Assembly (NCBI GenBank): GCA_034440535.1
Contig: JAWXCD010000130.1
Coordinates: 4,774-68,773, forward strand
Length of the DNA: 64,000 nt
Reading direction: 5' to 3'
Origin: Verrucomicrobiota bacterium
GTDB taxonomy: Bacteria > Verrucomicrobiota > Verrucomicrobiia > JAWXBN01 > JAWXCD01
Below are positions 1 through 10,691 of this stretch, piece after piece. The position numbers and the translations under genes were made by a program. How positions within the stretch are numbered: the first letter of the stretch is position 1; each line of letters begins with the position of its first letter. The notes beneath the pieces were generated by a model, which saw only the letters and a list, made by a program, of their open reading frames with translations, ran no database searches and had not been told where the DNA came from.

Positions 1-580
1 CTTCTCCGTACTGCTCCTTTTCACTGGGATGCCAACCAATTGCCGTAGGATAAAACAAAATCTCAGCGCCCTGCAGCGCCGTAAGTCGAGCCGCTTCGGG
101 GTACCATTGATCCCAACAAATCAGAACTCCAATTTTTCCGTACTTTGTAGTCCACGTCTTAAACCCGATGTCCCCTGGCGTAAAATAAAACTTCTCGTAA
201 AAAAGTGGATCATCAGGGATGTGCATCTTACGATATTTCCCAAGAAAAGAGCCATCGGCATCAATAATGGCCGCTGTATTATGATAAACCCCTTCGGCAC
301 GTTTTTCGAAGAGAGCGGCCACGATGACCACTTTCTTTTCCTTAGCCACCGCACAAAAAGCCTTGGTACTTGGCCCATCAGGAATGGCTTCTCCAAAATT
401 GAAGTATTTGTGATTCTCCTCCTGGCAAAAATACTGGGTTGTACACATTTCCTGAGTGGAAATGATCTGGGCCCCACGATCCGCCGCTTCTCTGATAAGT
501 TTAATCTGCTGTTCCAAGTTCTCTTTTGGATCAGCCGTTGCATGGGTTTGAATCAATCCAAGTTTAACGATGCGTGGCAT
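1..580 (-). CDS. Carbon-nitrogen hydrolase family protein (N-carbamoylputrescine amidase-like), 3'-truncated by the window edge
   Basis: Not in the ORF track because it is open at the window edge. Manual reverse-strand translation from the ATG at 580 gives MPRIVKLGLIQTHATADPKENLEQQIKLIREAADRGAQIISTQEMCTTQYFCQEENHKYFNFGEAIPDGPSTKAFCAVAKEKKVVIVAALFEKRAEGVYHNTAAIIDADGSFLGKYRKMHIPDDPLFYEKFYFTPGDIGFKTWTTKYGKIGVLICWDQWYPEAARL... with a nitrilase-superfamily catalytic Cys context (ICWD). Confidence 0.75.
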   Translation of the reverse strand, partial: MPRIVKLGLIQTHATADPKENLEQQIKLIREAADRGAQIISTQEMCTTQYFCQEENHKYFNFGEAIPDGPSTKAFCAVAKEKKVVIVAALFEKRAEGVYHNTAAIIDADGSFLGKYRKMHIPDDPLFYEKFYFTPGDIGFKTWTTKYGKIGVLICWDQWYPEAARLTALQGAEILFYPTAIGWHPSEKEQYGE

Positions 581-654
581 AAGCGGTTTCTACTATCACC
601 CATTCCCCCTTGGAGGCAAAACATTTTTATACCGGAATTTCAACAGTAATAAAA

Positions 655-678
655 AAGCGCCGGGAAAACCCGGCGCTT
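655..678 (-). terminator. Rho-independent terminator (aagcgccggg-aaaa-cccggcgctt) with a T-run on the minus strand
   Basis: Perfect 10-bp stem and 4-nt loop. The minus-strand reading is followed by TTTTTTATT. It sits 3' of the 699..1307 gene. Confidence 0.55.
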
Positions 679-698
679 AGAAAATAAGAATGAATGAA

Positions 699-1307
699 TT
701 ATTCCCCAGTAGGGATCTTTGGCATTTTGCTTGGATCCATCATGCTCGGGTCAATGTTTGGCATATCCATTTTGGTAAAGCCCGCCGGCACTTCGAACAG
801 CTTATCATCCTGAGGTCCCGCAACAAAACTTTTCCAATCCACAGTGACCTTTCCATCCTCTGTCTGCATTCGCACTGGTTGTTTCTTGTCCTTGGACAAC
901 CAGAAGAAAGCACCTTTATCGGCTGATACAATTTTATACTTTTGGCAGGCTATTCCATTAACCGTGTCCGCGCCGAGGTCTTCCCATTTTGCGTTCACAT
1001 CACGTAAAACATCATCCGGGCTGCGTTTATCCATGGAAAAGGGCATTTCCATGTAAATCTTCTGGTCCACCATAATGGTGTAGATCTTGGATTGATCCTT
1101 ACGCACGATGTTAATCGTGTTCATCCCGGCCATTTTGGCTTCCATGCGGAGTTTATCGCCAGAAGCGTAAATGATACTATCGATCGTTTGCCCCTGAGCC
1201 TTGACCACTTGTTCCGCCTTAAAAGATTCTGAAATCTTGAAAGGTGGTTCCCCTGCATATGTAAAGCAGGGGAATAACGCCAAAACCAGAACCAGAAGGT
1301 ATTTCAT
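699..1307 (-). CDS. Secreted protein of unknown function (N-terminal signal peptide)
   Basis: ORF 699..1319. The likely start is the internal Met giving MKYLLVLVLALFPCFTYAGE, a hydrophobic signal peptide with an AG cleavage region. No catalytic motifs recognised. Confidence 0.55.
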   Translation of the reverse strand: MKYLLVLVLALFPCFTYAGEPPFKISESFKAEQVVKAQGQTIDSIIYASGDKLRMEAKMAGMNTINIVRKDQSKIYTIMVDQKIYMEMPFSMDKRSPDDVLRDVNAKWEDLGADTVNGIACQKYKIVSADKGAFFWLSKDKKQPVRMQTEDGKVTVDWKSFVAGPQDDKLFEVPAGFTKMDMPNIDPSMMDPSKMPKIPTGE

Positions 1308-1311
1308 ATTT

Positions 1312-2385
<1,074 letters not shown>

Positions 2386-2459
2386 TCAAACACCCTAAAA
2401 GCGTCAACGGGTAAAACAGGAAATAATCATGATATCTTAAAAAGTATTCACTCTCGAGG

Positions 2460-2477
2460 GGAGAATTTAAATTCTCC
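2460..2477. promoter_or_regulatory. 18-bp perfect palindrome ggagaatttaaattctcc in the divergent gap/DUF1287 promoter region
   Basis: Exact dyad symmetry read directly from the sequence, lying between two divergently transcribed genes. Candidate operator. Confidence 0.3.
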
Positions 2478-2527
2478 ATCTCTTTTTACATTCAAAGAAC
2501 CAAACAACACCTGCTAGCATTCGATTC

Positions 2528-3214
2528 ATGGAGGAAATTAAAATGCCGCTTTCAAAAAGAATCGTTCGCCTGATGCCGCTCATCACTGTCGTTTGGGCGG
2601 TTGGGTGTCTATCGGGTTTTGAGGCATGCGCGCAGATAAAGAAATCTGCTGTTTCGAGCACTTCAGAAAATCATCAACTCAATGGCATCACCTCCCAAGG
2701 AATAAAAATGCTACTCGAAAGCGCTCTCGATCAAACGACAGTGACGAAAAGTTATGACCCGGCGTATGTCCGTATATCGTATCCGATGGGCGATGTGCCG
2801 CCGGAAAAAGGCGTTTGCTCAGATGTTGTAATCAGGGCGTTTCGCGAGGCGGGCGTTGATTTGCAGAAGACGGTTCACGAAGATATGAAAAGGAATTTTT
2901 CAGTTTATCCGCAGAAGTGGAGTTTGAAAAAGCCCGACGCGAATATAGATCACCGACGCGTTCCGAACTTACAAACATTTTTCAAAAGACAAGGGAAATC
3001 TCTGCCAATAACCAACAAAGCCGAGAACTACAAACCCGGCGATGTAGTCGCCTGGGATCTAAATGGCAGAGGACTGACCCACATCGGATTAGTTTCAAAT
3101 TTATACAACGAAACGACAAAGCAGTATTCAATCATCCATAACATCGGGCGCGGCGCTCAGGCGGAAGATGTGATTTTCAATTGGAAAATCATCGGTCATT
3201 ATCGTTACTTTTGA
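2528..3214 (+). CDS. DUF1287-family protein (YijF-like), secreted or periplasmic
   Basis: N-terminal hydrophobic segment (LMPLITVVWAVGCLSG). The GVCSDVVIRAFREAGVDLQKTVHEDM block resembles the DUF1287 signature. Confidence 0.6.
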   Translation: MEEIKMPLSKRIVRLMPLITVVWAVGCLSGFEACAQIKKSAVSSTSENHQLNGITSQGIKMLLESALDQTTVTKSYDPAYVRISYPMGDVPPEKGVCSDVVIRAFREAGVDLQKTVHEDMKRNFSVYPQKWSLKKPDANIDHRRVPNLQTFFKRQGKSLPITNKAENYKPGDVVAWDLNGRGLTHIGLVSNLYNETTKQYSIIHNIGRGAQAEDVIFNWKIIGHYRYF

Positions 3215-3343
3215 TCTACGGATCACCACCGACTACGTGGGCGGACACGTTTTCTTGCGGCGATCGACCAGCGCGGCTGTCGCTCAGTGAACCCTAAAAA
3301 CCTGCTGCAATAGTCGAGCAAATGCATTATCCTGCCTTTCTTT

Positions 3344-4183
3344 ATGGAGAGAACAACCCCCCATGCTCGTTTGTGCGGCCATTTTAACGCGAAGCACGGG
3401 TACGGAATCACTAGGCCCAACGGCATCAACGAATGGCTCCTCTTTTATACCATCGGGGGCAAAGGTAAGTTTAATCATTCCGACGGTTCGGGAACTTATT
3501 CCGCCCCAGGGGAATTAATGCTTTATCAACCCAACGTCCGACATAGTTATTGGACGGCAAATGAAATGGGCTGGGAGTTTCTGTGGACCCACTTTACCCC
3601 ACGCGCTTCGTGGCTCGGTATTCTTAAATGGCCTGAGGCCTTAGGGCCGGGTCTTGGGAGAATCGTGGTCACTTCAAAAATGCAGCGCACAAAGATTCAC
3701 AAAGCGATGGCTCGCCTTATTGAAGCACGGGAGAATCCCTCACCTTTTTGCGAAGAAATGGCCTTGAACGCACTTGAAGAAGTGCTCCTTCTTTCCGCTG
3801 AGTTCAATCCGTTAGGACATACAGGATTCCGTGATGACCGGGTCAGGCAGGCGCTCAACATCTTGGCGCAAAACGTAGCGCAACCTCACACGGTAGCCAC
3901 TCTCTCCAAAGCCGTGGGCCTATCCGCTTCTCGGTTCGCCCATCTTTTCCGAGAGGAAGTGGGTAAATCGGTCATTGATACCCTGATCCAACTCCGATTA
4001 CAACAGGCGGCCAAGTTGTTAGAATCAACAAATATGAGCGTGAAAGCTATTGCTGCGGAAACGGGATTTAATTCCCCCTACTACTTTAGCCGTCTCTTCA
4101 AACAAAAAATAAAAACAACGCCTCAAGCATACCGCAAAGCCAGTTTTAACCTGATTTCGAAGCACCCCAAAAAGAACGCTTAA
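3344..4183 (+). CDS. AraC-family transcriptional regulator (cupin-like N-terminus, C-terminal HTH)
   Basis: C-terminal VATLSKAVGLSASRFAHLFREEVGKSVIDTLIQLRLQQAAKLLESTNMSVKAIAAETGFNSPYYFSRLFKQ is a typical AraC dual HTH. Confidence 0.8.
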   Translation: MERTTPHARLCGHFNAKHGYGITRPNGINEWLLFYTIGGKGKFNHSDGSGTYSAPGELMLYQPNVRHSYWTANEMGWEFLWTHFTPRASWLGILKWPEALGPGLGRIVVTSKMQRTKIHKAMARLIEARENPSPFCEEMALNALEEVLLLSAEFNPLGHTGFRDDRVRQALNILAQNVAQPHTVATLSKAVGLSASRFAHLFREEVGKSVIDTLIQLRLQQAAKLLESTNMSVKAIAAETGFNSPYYFSRLFKQKIKTTPQAYRKASFNLISKHPKKNA

Positions 4184-4231
4184 AGCTTTCCAGGAGTTTT
4201 TCGCAGTAGTTGAGAGGAACCGAGCTTCTTC

Positions 4232-4744
4232 TTACCGTTTAATTTCGACCACGATACGAGCGGGATTTTTAAGTTCTTTTACACGATATTCGGTGCGCCG
4301 GTCTAAACCGAGAACCCAAGCGACTTGGTCGTTCTCCTCAAACACAGCTTCAGCCTCTTTAAGATTTGGATAATTCAAATGACGCTCGGCTGAAGCAATC
4401 GTCGCCCCACCGTCTTCGGTGTGCATTTTGGCTGGGCTAAACTTTATAAACATCCACGCGTTACCTTTGACTTTTAAAGGTTCTATCGCGTTACGTTTGC
4501 GATAAGGGGCATCGGAGAAATCGATGTGATATCCCGGAATACGCCCTTCGGAAAAAACGAACGTGATCGAGTCCGTATCGCCCGCCATGGATGTCCGCAC
4601 AGAATGGATGTTTGACGTTTCTGGCGACCGATTTTTATGTGTGGTGGCCGTCTTCCATCCGTACACCTTCCCTTGAGGAAGGGAACCGCAACCGGAAAGA
4701 AAAACGAAGCATGACAAAAATAAGCATGTAGAAAAAAGTTTCAT
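4232..4744 (-). CDS. Lipoprotein of unknown function (AMIN-like C-terminal segment)
   Basis: MKLFSTCLFLSCFVFLSGCGS lipobox. The C-terminus (EYRVKELKNPARIVVEI) resembles AMIN-type beta domains. Confidence 0.55.
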   Translation of the reverse strand: MKLFSTCLFLSCFVFLSGCGSLPQGKVYGWKTATTHKNRSPETSNIHSVRTSMAGDTDSITFVFSEGRIPGYHIDFSDAPYRKRNAIEPLKVKGNAWMFIKFSPAKMHTEDGGATIASAERHLNYPNLKEAEAVFEENDQVAWVLGLDRRTEYRVKELKNPARIVVEIKR

Positions 4745-4787
4745 TGGGGCGAGTGTGAATAAAACACGGACGATGTCGAGCCAGGTT

Positions 4788-5681
4788 TTAAACTCTCTTT
4801 TTGGATGAATTGATTAACCCAATAATTTGCTCTGGAGACACCCCCTTCTCTCTTAAATAATTCAGCCCCATCGCCCCATCACGCTTGGCAAGTCGGTTAC
4901 CGAACTCATCTAAAACCATGTGGCAATGATAAAAAGCAGGAGGCACCCAACCCATCGCCTCGTACAACAAAATCTGTCTAGCCGTGGAAACTAAAAGATC
5001 CGCTCCACGCACCACTTCATTGATTTCCATTAAATGATCATCCACCACCACCGCAAGTTGGTAAGCAGGAATATCGTCATGACGCCACACGACAAAGTCA
5101 CCAAAATCCCTTCCAGCAATGAAGTGGTGCGGCCCTAAATTTAAATCAGTAAATTCAATCCTTTTTCTATCTGGTACTCTAAACCGCCACGACACCTTTC
5201 CATCCCCTGTGAGAGTGGCGGTTCTGCAAGTGCCGGGATACACGGGCTCTTCATCAGCTCCTTGAGGCGCACCTAAGGATCCTCTTACGTCCTTACGTGA
5301 ACACGCACACGGGTACAAGTGCCCACTCTTGCGAAGATCTTCGAAAACATCCCGATATAATGGAATACGCCCACTTTGATCGTACGGCGCGTGGGCTCCA
5401 CCAACATCTGGACCTTCGCTCCAACTCAGTCCGAGCCATTTTAAATCGGAGATCATGGCATCCTTAAAAAGGTCACGAACACGATCATTGTCTAAGTCTT
5501 CATTACGAAAAATCAGTACGCCGTGATTGGACAGCGCACGTTCTTGTGCGATCAAAAAAGTTTTCGCATGTCCAAGATGCAGGAACCCTGTGGGCGAAGG
5601 CGCCAACCTGCCGCGATATGATTTTTGTCCAGTGATCACAATACTGGCATACTCCATGCCTGCGATATATGGCGAGAACAA
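4788..5681 (-). CDS. gluQ: tRNA glutamyl-Q(34) synthetase (truncated GluRS paralogue)
   Basis: About 297 aa with class-I HIGH-type motif PSPTGFLHLGHAKT, Zn-binding Cys cluster CACSRKD...C, and no anticodon-binding domain. Confidence 0.8.
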   Translation of the reverse strand: MFSPYIAGMEYASIVITGQKSYRGRLAPSPTGFLHLGHAKTFLIAQERALSNHGVLIFRNEDLDNDRVRDLFKDAMISDLKWLGLSWSEGPDVGGAHAPYDQSGRIPLYRDVFEDLRKSGHLYPCACSRKDVRGSLGAPQGADEEPVYPGTCRTATLTGDGKVSWRFRVPDRKRIEFTDLNLGPHHFIAGRDFGDFVVWRHDDIPAYQLAVVVDDHLMEINEVVRGADLLVSTARQILLYEAMGWVPPAFYHCHMVLDEFGNRLAKRDGAMGLNYLREKGVSPEQIIGLINSSKKRV

Positions 5682-5717
5682 AGATATTATGAGAACACTG
5701 AAATATAAGTTTGGTCA

Positions 5718-6548
5718 GTGGATGTGAAGATAACACCTTCTGGGCCTGCCATTACCACGTGGATGATTCCCGTTCCTCAGGAATCACCCTCACTCGAGGA
5801 ATTGGTTCATCAATTAAGAGTTGCCGCAAAAAGGGGCCGGTTTCTGATTCAATTTCTAAAACCACAGTTGAAGACCTCGTTTTTTAAAACTCGAAAGGCT
5901 GAGTGGAAATCGATTGTGGTCGCACTCGCCGCACCCCGGAAAAGGGATGTGCGCCTCAAATTGTTTGATTCCTTAGCACACAAAAATCCAGATCGACTCC
6001 TCAAACAAATCCATCGCCATGCTGCCGCAGAACAAAGTGAAACGGATCAGCAAATATCGCTCAGATGCGAGCAAGCCCGCACTCGGATGACAGCCCTTTT
6101 GGAGAAAATGGTAGAATCCAAGGTTCTCTCACTCGATACAACGTTCTGCAAAAGAAGATTGGAAATAATGTTTCTCAAATTAGAAAAGGGCATCAATAAA
6201 AGGAAAGGCTGCAAAGATCCTGTGCGACTCCATGATCTCAGGAAAAGTGTGAAAAGGCTGGTTGCCCTCACCATCTTGATAGGTCAAGAAATGGGAATAA
6301 AAACAAAAAGCATCACTAAGAACTTTGCCAATTTTGACGAGAAACTCGGAACCATTCATGACATACATGATGTCATCGAATGGACACAGAATACCCAGTT
6401 CAACAAAACAAATAAAAACCAGGCTTTAGACAACTTAAATAAGCTCTTGGGAAAAACGGTGCATTCTTGCCACACAGCATGGATGGATTCCAAGGAGTTG
6501 AGCCACAGTCATAAATGCCTGATCCAAAAAATGAAAAAAGTAGATTAA
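5718..6548 (+). CDS. Hypothetical alpha-helical protein (possible CHAD-like domain)
   Basis: Long ORF with helical, His/Arg-rich segments (VRLHDLRKSVKRLVALTIL). Family assignment is tentative. Confidence 0.45.
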   Translation: MDVKITPSGPAITTWMIPVPQESPSLEELVHQLRVAAKRGRFLIQFLKPQLKTSFFKTRKAEWKSIVVALAAPRKRDVRLKLFDSLAHKNPDRLLKQIHRHAAAEQSETDQQISLRCEQARTRMTALLEKMVESKVLSLDTTFCKRRLEIMFLKLEKGINKRKGCKDPVRLHDLRKSVKRLVALTILIGQEMGIKTKSITKNFANFDEKLGTIHDIHDVIEWTQNTQFNKTNKNQALDNLNKLLGKTVHSCHTAWMDSKELSHSHKCLIQKMKKVD

Positions 6549-6570
6549 TTTTCCATTGTCATAATAGGCT

Positions 6571-7348
6571 TTGGTGCCCAATGGCTTCGAAGGCGGATTC
6601 AGCGCCTTAATGATTGCGCTCCTGACATCAACCCTCCTCGAAATTGTATTAAGCATCGATAGCATCATTTTTATTTCCATTCTGGCGGGGAAAATCCCCT
6701 TGGAGCAGCAAGCAAAAGCACGCCAATGGGGCCTCGGATTGGCGTTGATTACACGCATCCTTCTGTTGTGCAGCGTCGCTTGGTTGGCCAAACTCACAAC
6801 CACCCTTTTTGCTTTCTTCGGTGATGAATTTTCCGGAAGAGATTTGGTCTGCTGCTCCTAGGCGGATTATTCCTGCTCTGGAAACCGACTCACGAAATTC
6901 ATGAAAAGCTCGAAGGCGAAGAAGGAGGAGAAAATAAGAAAATAGCAGCTAGCTTCGCATCAGTTCTCGTTCAAATCATGCTCCTAGACATCGTTTTCTC
7001 ACTCGATTCAGTCATCACTGCGGTGGGTATGACCAACAATGTTCCTGTCATGATCACGGCAGTGGTGCTTGCCATGGTCGTCATGTTTTTTTCGCGGGCA
7101 AAATCGCAGGATTTGTGGATCAACACCCGACCATGAAGATGTTGGCGTTAAGTTTCCTTATCTTAATCGGTTGTATGCCGGTTGCAGAAGGCTGGGGTAA
7201 ACACATCGAAAAAGGTTACCTCTATTTTGCCATGGCATTTTCTATTGGTGTTGAATTACTCAATATCAACATGCACAAAAAATCGAAGAAGGTCGACCTG
7301 CATCAACCTTACCGGCAACCCCTTGGGGGGTTATTTTTTACGGTTTAA
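6571..7348 (+). pseudogene. TerC-family integral membrane protein gene disrupted by two 1-nt frameshifts
   Basis: Three consecutive ORFs (6571..6861, a middle frame to the stop at 7134..7136, and 7115..7348) together give a collinear TerC-like protein: LEIVLSIDSIIFISILAGKIPLEQQAKARQWGLGLA ... FGDEFSGRDLV | LLLLGGLFLLWKPTHEIHEKLEGEE ... SLDSVITAVGM ... AVVLAMVVMFF | AGKIAGFVDQHPTMKMLALSFLILIG...EGWGKHIEKGYLYFAMAFSIGVELLN. The frame switches at about 6849 and within the T7 run at 7086..7092. An eighth T restores the frame at the second site. Confidence 0.65.
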
Positions 7349-9550
7349 CGGATCGATCGAAGGATCGTAAGGAACTGTTAATGTTTCCCCATCGACCTCA
7401 AACGATGCGGCGGTTTTATTAATCCCGATGAATTTAACCTTCGTTCGCTGACCATTAATTTCGCAATCAAAAGTGTTACCGACATCGACAACGACTTTAT
7501 TGTTAACACCAATCGTCACATCCGAAGTCCCCACGACCCCAATAATATGGGTGATTTTAAATGGTTCCTCCGAGGGATGCACAACTGTATTCGGCTGTTG
7601 TGTCGGCGAACCAGGAAGTGGCACAGGGGGTGAAACGGTGTTTGATTCCGCGCCAGAAGTGTTTGCCTGGGATGCGGACTTTTCCTGTTGATTGGTTCTA
7701 AATTTTTTCCAAGCTGGTTTTACAGTTCCGAAATAATAATAAATTGCAGGCAGATAAACAGCCTTCCCAAAACCGGATATCGAAACTGAAGTAAACCCAT
7801 CCTCGTCCACCACTTCAGTACCAATTGAGGGGGTTAAGTGTGGCAGAAAACCATCTACGGGCGGCATCCAACTCGTCGACACATTTGTAGAACCCATAGT
7901 ACTACCCAACAATGATGCGTAAGGGGCGGAGTTATACATACGGAACCACAGCTGCGGAGTGTTGATAAAAGTGAATTGACTCCCCAAATCTGGAATCTCC
8001 TTTAAACCGGCGCTGAAAACAGGGGACGCCTGAATGGTAATCGGTTGAGGATTGGCTGCATTTGAAACGGCCGCCTTCATGGATTGATCTGAGAACGCTA
8101 ACAAAAGAAATTTATCAGTGACCGTAAGGTGGGGTTTCACATGGCCGGCGACACTCCATATATAAACAGGGTTTTTTGCACCTGAGACCTTCTCCCGGGT
8201 AAAGCCAAACTCCCCGTTACTTACCTTAGCCAAAGTCGCCATGATATTTTCCAGAGACGCCTTTAATTGATCTGGGTGCGTCACTTCTATTGCCACAAAG
8301 GCATTGGGGAAAAGACTGCCTTCAGGCCAGTCAGCGATGACAGCGCCTTCCATCCCTAAAGTATCGAACACATCCTTCTGCAAATTAATTTTCTCAGCAT
8401 TCAAGACTTTGGCAAAAGAAATCCATAAATTGGTCTCCGTCCCGTCGTTTGCTGCAAACTCAAAAAGTGCTGGCCAATCACAATTACGAGTATGGTAAAA
8501 AGCCGTATTAGTCGTTGTTAGCGAAAGTGAATGGCGGCGATCATTTTCCCATATAGGCTTTGGGGTTCCCCTCTTAGCCACAGGTGACAACCAGAAACTT
8601 TTATCCCTAAACTGACCATTCTCAATGTTGATCGTTGACGCAAAAGCACTTCGGTTCATGAGTAAGTTAAGCCATCGAACCCCTTTTTCGCCCTTGGCCA
8701 ATTCGATCTTACCACGTGAGAAATCCGCAAACACCTGAGCATTAAAAAAGAGTCTGACATGATACTGGCTATCCACTTTTTCGATGCATTTTTGGTAATC
8801 AGCATTTGAAGCCAGGCTATCCCCGTTTTTTTCTCGATACCGGGTGATCAACTCTTTCATGGCAGGTTCCCCCACCGTCCAGAATGACCAATTGGCAAGA
8901 CGCGCATAACAAAAGATGGTTCCATCGGCATCCGTCATGCGCACATAACGAATCCTTTTAAACTTTGGCTTTTCTACAAAAAATGCGTTGCCTAGAACAC
9001 TACTTAACTCCTTAAAAAATTCCTGTTCTCTTTCATTCCCAACAACTTCATAACCCACAACGCCCTCAAACATGGGCCCAGACTTTTCGATGGACCCTCC
9101 TTGTAAAAAGGACCCTCCGCCGATTCGAGTCACCGCGGCGACTGATCTTCCCTGAACGACCATGGGAATGTATTTTTGCAGAACAGTCACCACCTTGACG
9201 ACGCGGTCGTACTCCATTAACCGATCTTCCGGTTTGGATTTGATAAATGCCGATAAATAACCATTAGCAAGCTGTTGTGTGTAGTTGGTCTGGAAGGCAA
9301 CAACTCGGTCTCCGTACTCTTTTTGAAAAATTGGGTCGTAATAAATTTTTGCATACGCTGTGGTCTTTAGAGCTTCCTTAAAGGCGACCCAATCCTTTAC
9401 CTCTGCGTAAAAAAACGTATCGGAGGGAAGCAGAGTTTCGAGATCGACAGGATCCTGATCGGCTTGTAGGAAAACCCACCAGTACAACGTGGTAGCTGAT
9501 CCCAATAAAACCAAAATAAAGCCCAATAGGACAAACTTAATTCTGTTCAT
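7331..9550 (-). CDS. Large membrane-anchored protein of unknown function (DUF3352-like)
   Basis: 739 aa with an N-terminal TM anchor (FVLLGFILVLLGSATTLYWWVF), a long globular region, a Pro/Ser/Thr-rich linker (SPPVPLPGSPTQQPNT) and a small C-terminal beta domain. It overlaps the M42 peptidase gene by 1 bp, so the two are likely co-operonic. Confidence 0.65.
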   Translation of the reverse strand: MNRIKFVLLGFILVLLGSATTLYWWVFLQADQDPVDLETLLPSDTFFYAEVKDWVAFKEALKTTAYAKIYYDPIFQKEYGDRVVAFQTNYTQQLANGYLSAFIKSKPEDRLMEYDRVVKVVTVLQKYIPMVVQGRSVAAVTRIGGGSFLQGGSIEKSGPMFEGVVGYEVVGNEREQEFFKELSSVLGNAFFVEKPKFKRIRYVRMTDADGTIFCYARLANWSFWTVGEPAMKELITRYREKNGDSLASNADYQKCIEKVDSQYHVRLFFNAQVFADFSRGKIELAKGEKGVRWLNLLMNRSAFASTINIENGQFRDKSFWLSPVAKRGTPKPIWENDRRHSLSLTTTNTAFYHTRNCDWPALFEFAANDGTETNLWISFAKVLNAEKINLQKDVFDTLGMEGAVIADWPEGSLFPNAFVAIEVTHPDQLKASLENIMATLAKVSNGEFGFTREKVSGAKNPVYIWSVAGHVKPHLTVTDKFLLLAFSDQSMKAAVSNAANPQPITIQASPVFSAGLKEIPDLGSQFTFINTPQLWFRMYNSAPYASLLGSTMGSTNVSTSWMPPVDGFLPHLTPSIGTEVVDEDGFTSVSISGFGKAVYLPAIYYYFGTVKPAWKKFRTNQQEKSASQANTSGAESNTVSPPVPLPGSPTQQPNTVVHPSEEPFKITHIIGVVGTSDVTIGVNNKVVVDVGNTFDCEINGQRTKVKFIGINKTAASFEVDGETLTVPYDPSIDPLNRKK

Positions 9551-10615
9551 TTAAATTTTAACTTTAAACATTTCGTTACTTTTAACCGTGCGGACGAAAT
9601 CTGATATCAAACGGACTATGTTTTCCAAGTCGCCTAGATGCACCATTTCGACGGGTGTGTGCATATACCTGTTAGGGACTCCGATAGTGGCGCAGGGTAT
9701 CCCACCTCGAGAAATAAAGATCGCATCGGCATCCGTGCCGCTCCGCTGAGAATCTACACCCATCTGGAATGGGATTTTTTTACGTGCGGCGACTGTTCTT
9801 AACCTTTCAACCAACACCGGATGGTTCGCGCTCCCTACACTGAGGATGGGACCCTTCCCCATTCTTTGGTCTCCATGCCGGGGCTTTGAACATACGGGTA
9901 TATCGGTTGCCTGTCCTACATCCACGACCAAGGCGGCATCAGGCTTGAGACTGTACCCGGTCATAGCCGCGCCATATAATCCATTTTCCTCTTGAATGTT
10001 CGAGACGGCAATGACACACGGCGCCACCTTCCCTGTCGATAGTGTTCTGATCACTTCTGCCGCTGCAAAAGTACCCACACGATTATCACAGGCTCGGGAT
10101 ATGATCACATCACCTCGCAGCACTTCAAACTGGTCCACGTACGTGACAGGATCACCTATTTCAACAAGCTCAAGGGCCTCTGCTTTGCTCGATACACCGA
10201 TATCGATAAATAATTCGTGAACCTTGGGAGCCTTTTGGTCAGTCCCACGATCCTGCATATGAATGGCCAAGGAGCCGGTTACTCCACGGACTGATCCGTG
10301 CCTATTATGAATATTAACTCTTTGTCCACGAGCAAGCGCGACATCAGGTCCACCAATGGGAACTACGTATAAAAATCCATCGTCACTTATATAATGGACC
10401 ATGAACCCAATTTCATCGGCATGCCCAGCCACCATGATACGAGGGGATCCTTTGGGATTTAAAATCGCGACTGCATTTCCATAGGCATCCGTGTGCGTCT
10501 CGTCCGCAAAAGCTTTCACATAATCCAACCACACCCGTTGGCCTTTAGCTTCAAAACCCGATGGACTTGGGGTGTTTAAAAGTTTTTCAAGAAATACAAG
10601 TGATTCACGTCGCAT
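9551..10615 (-). CDS. M42-family aminopeptidase (FrvX/glutamyl aminopeptidase-like)
   Basis: MVAGHADEIGFMVHYISDDGFLYVVPIGG and later His/Asp/Glu metal-ligand blocks typical of M42 peptidases. Confidence 0.85.
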   Translation of the reverse strand: MRRESLVFLEKLLNTPSPSGFEAKGQRVWLDYVKAFADETHTDAYGNAVAILNPKGSPRIMVAGHADEIGFMVHYISDDGFLYVVPIGGPDVALARGQRVNIHNRHGSVRGVTGSLAIHMQDRGTDQKAPKVHELFIDIGVSSKAEALELVEIGDPVTYVDQFEVLRGDVIISRACDNRVGTFAAAEVIRTLSTGKVAPCVIAVSNIQEENGLYGAAMTGYSLKPDAALVVDVGQATDIPVCSKPRHGDQRMGKGPILSVGSANHPVLVERLRTVAARKKIPFQMGVDSQRSGTDADAIFISRGGIPCATIGVPNRYMHTPVEMVHLGDLENIVRLISDFVRTVKSNEMFKVKI

Positions 10616-10691
10616 CCATTGAAATTAGGGAAGATTTTTTAAAAATCACCCTATTTCTAATCAGAAAATACCCGAAATGGCCGAAGTCCGT

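Noticed and set aside
29-649. Track ORFs 29..649 (+) and 121..543 (-) at the left edge
   Set aside because: Neither translation looks protein-like. A third, untracked minus-strand frame gives a clean nitrilase-superfamily protein starting at 580 (MPRIVKLGLIQTH...), so both are out-of-frame shadows of that gene.
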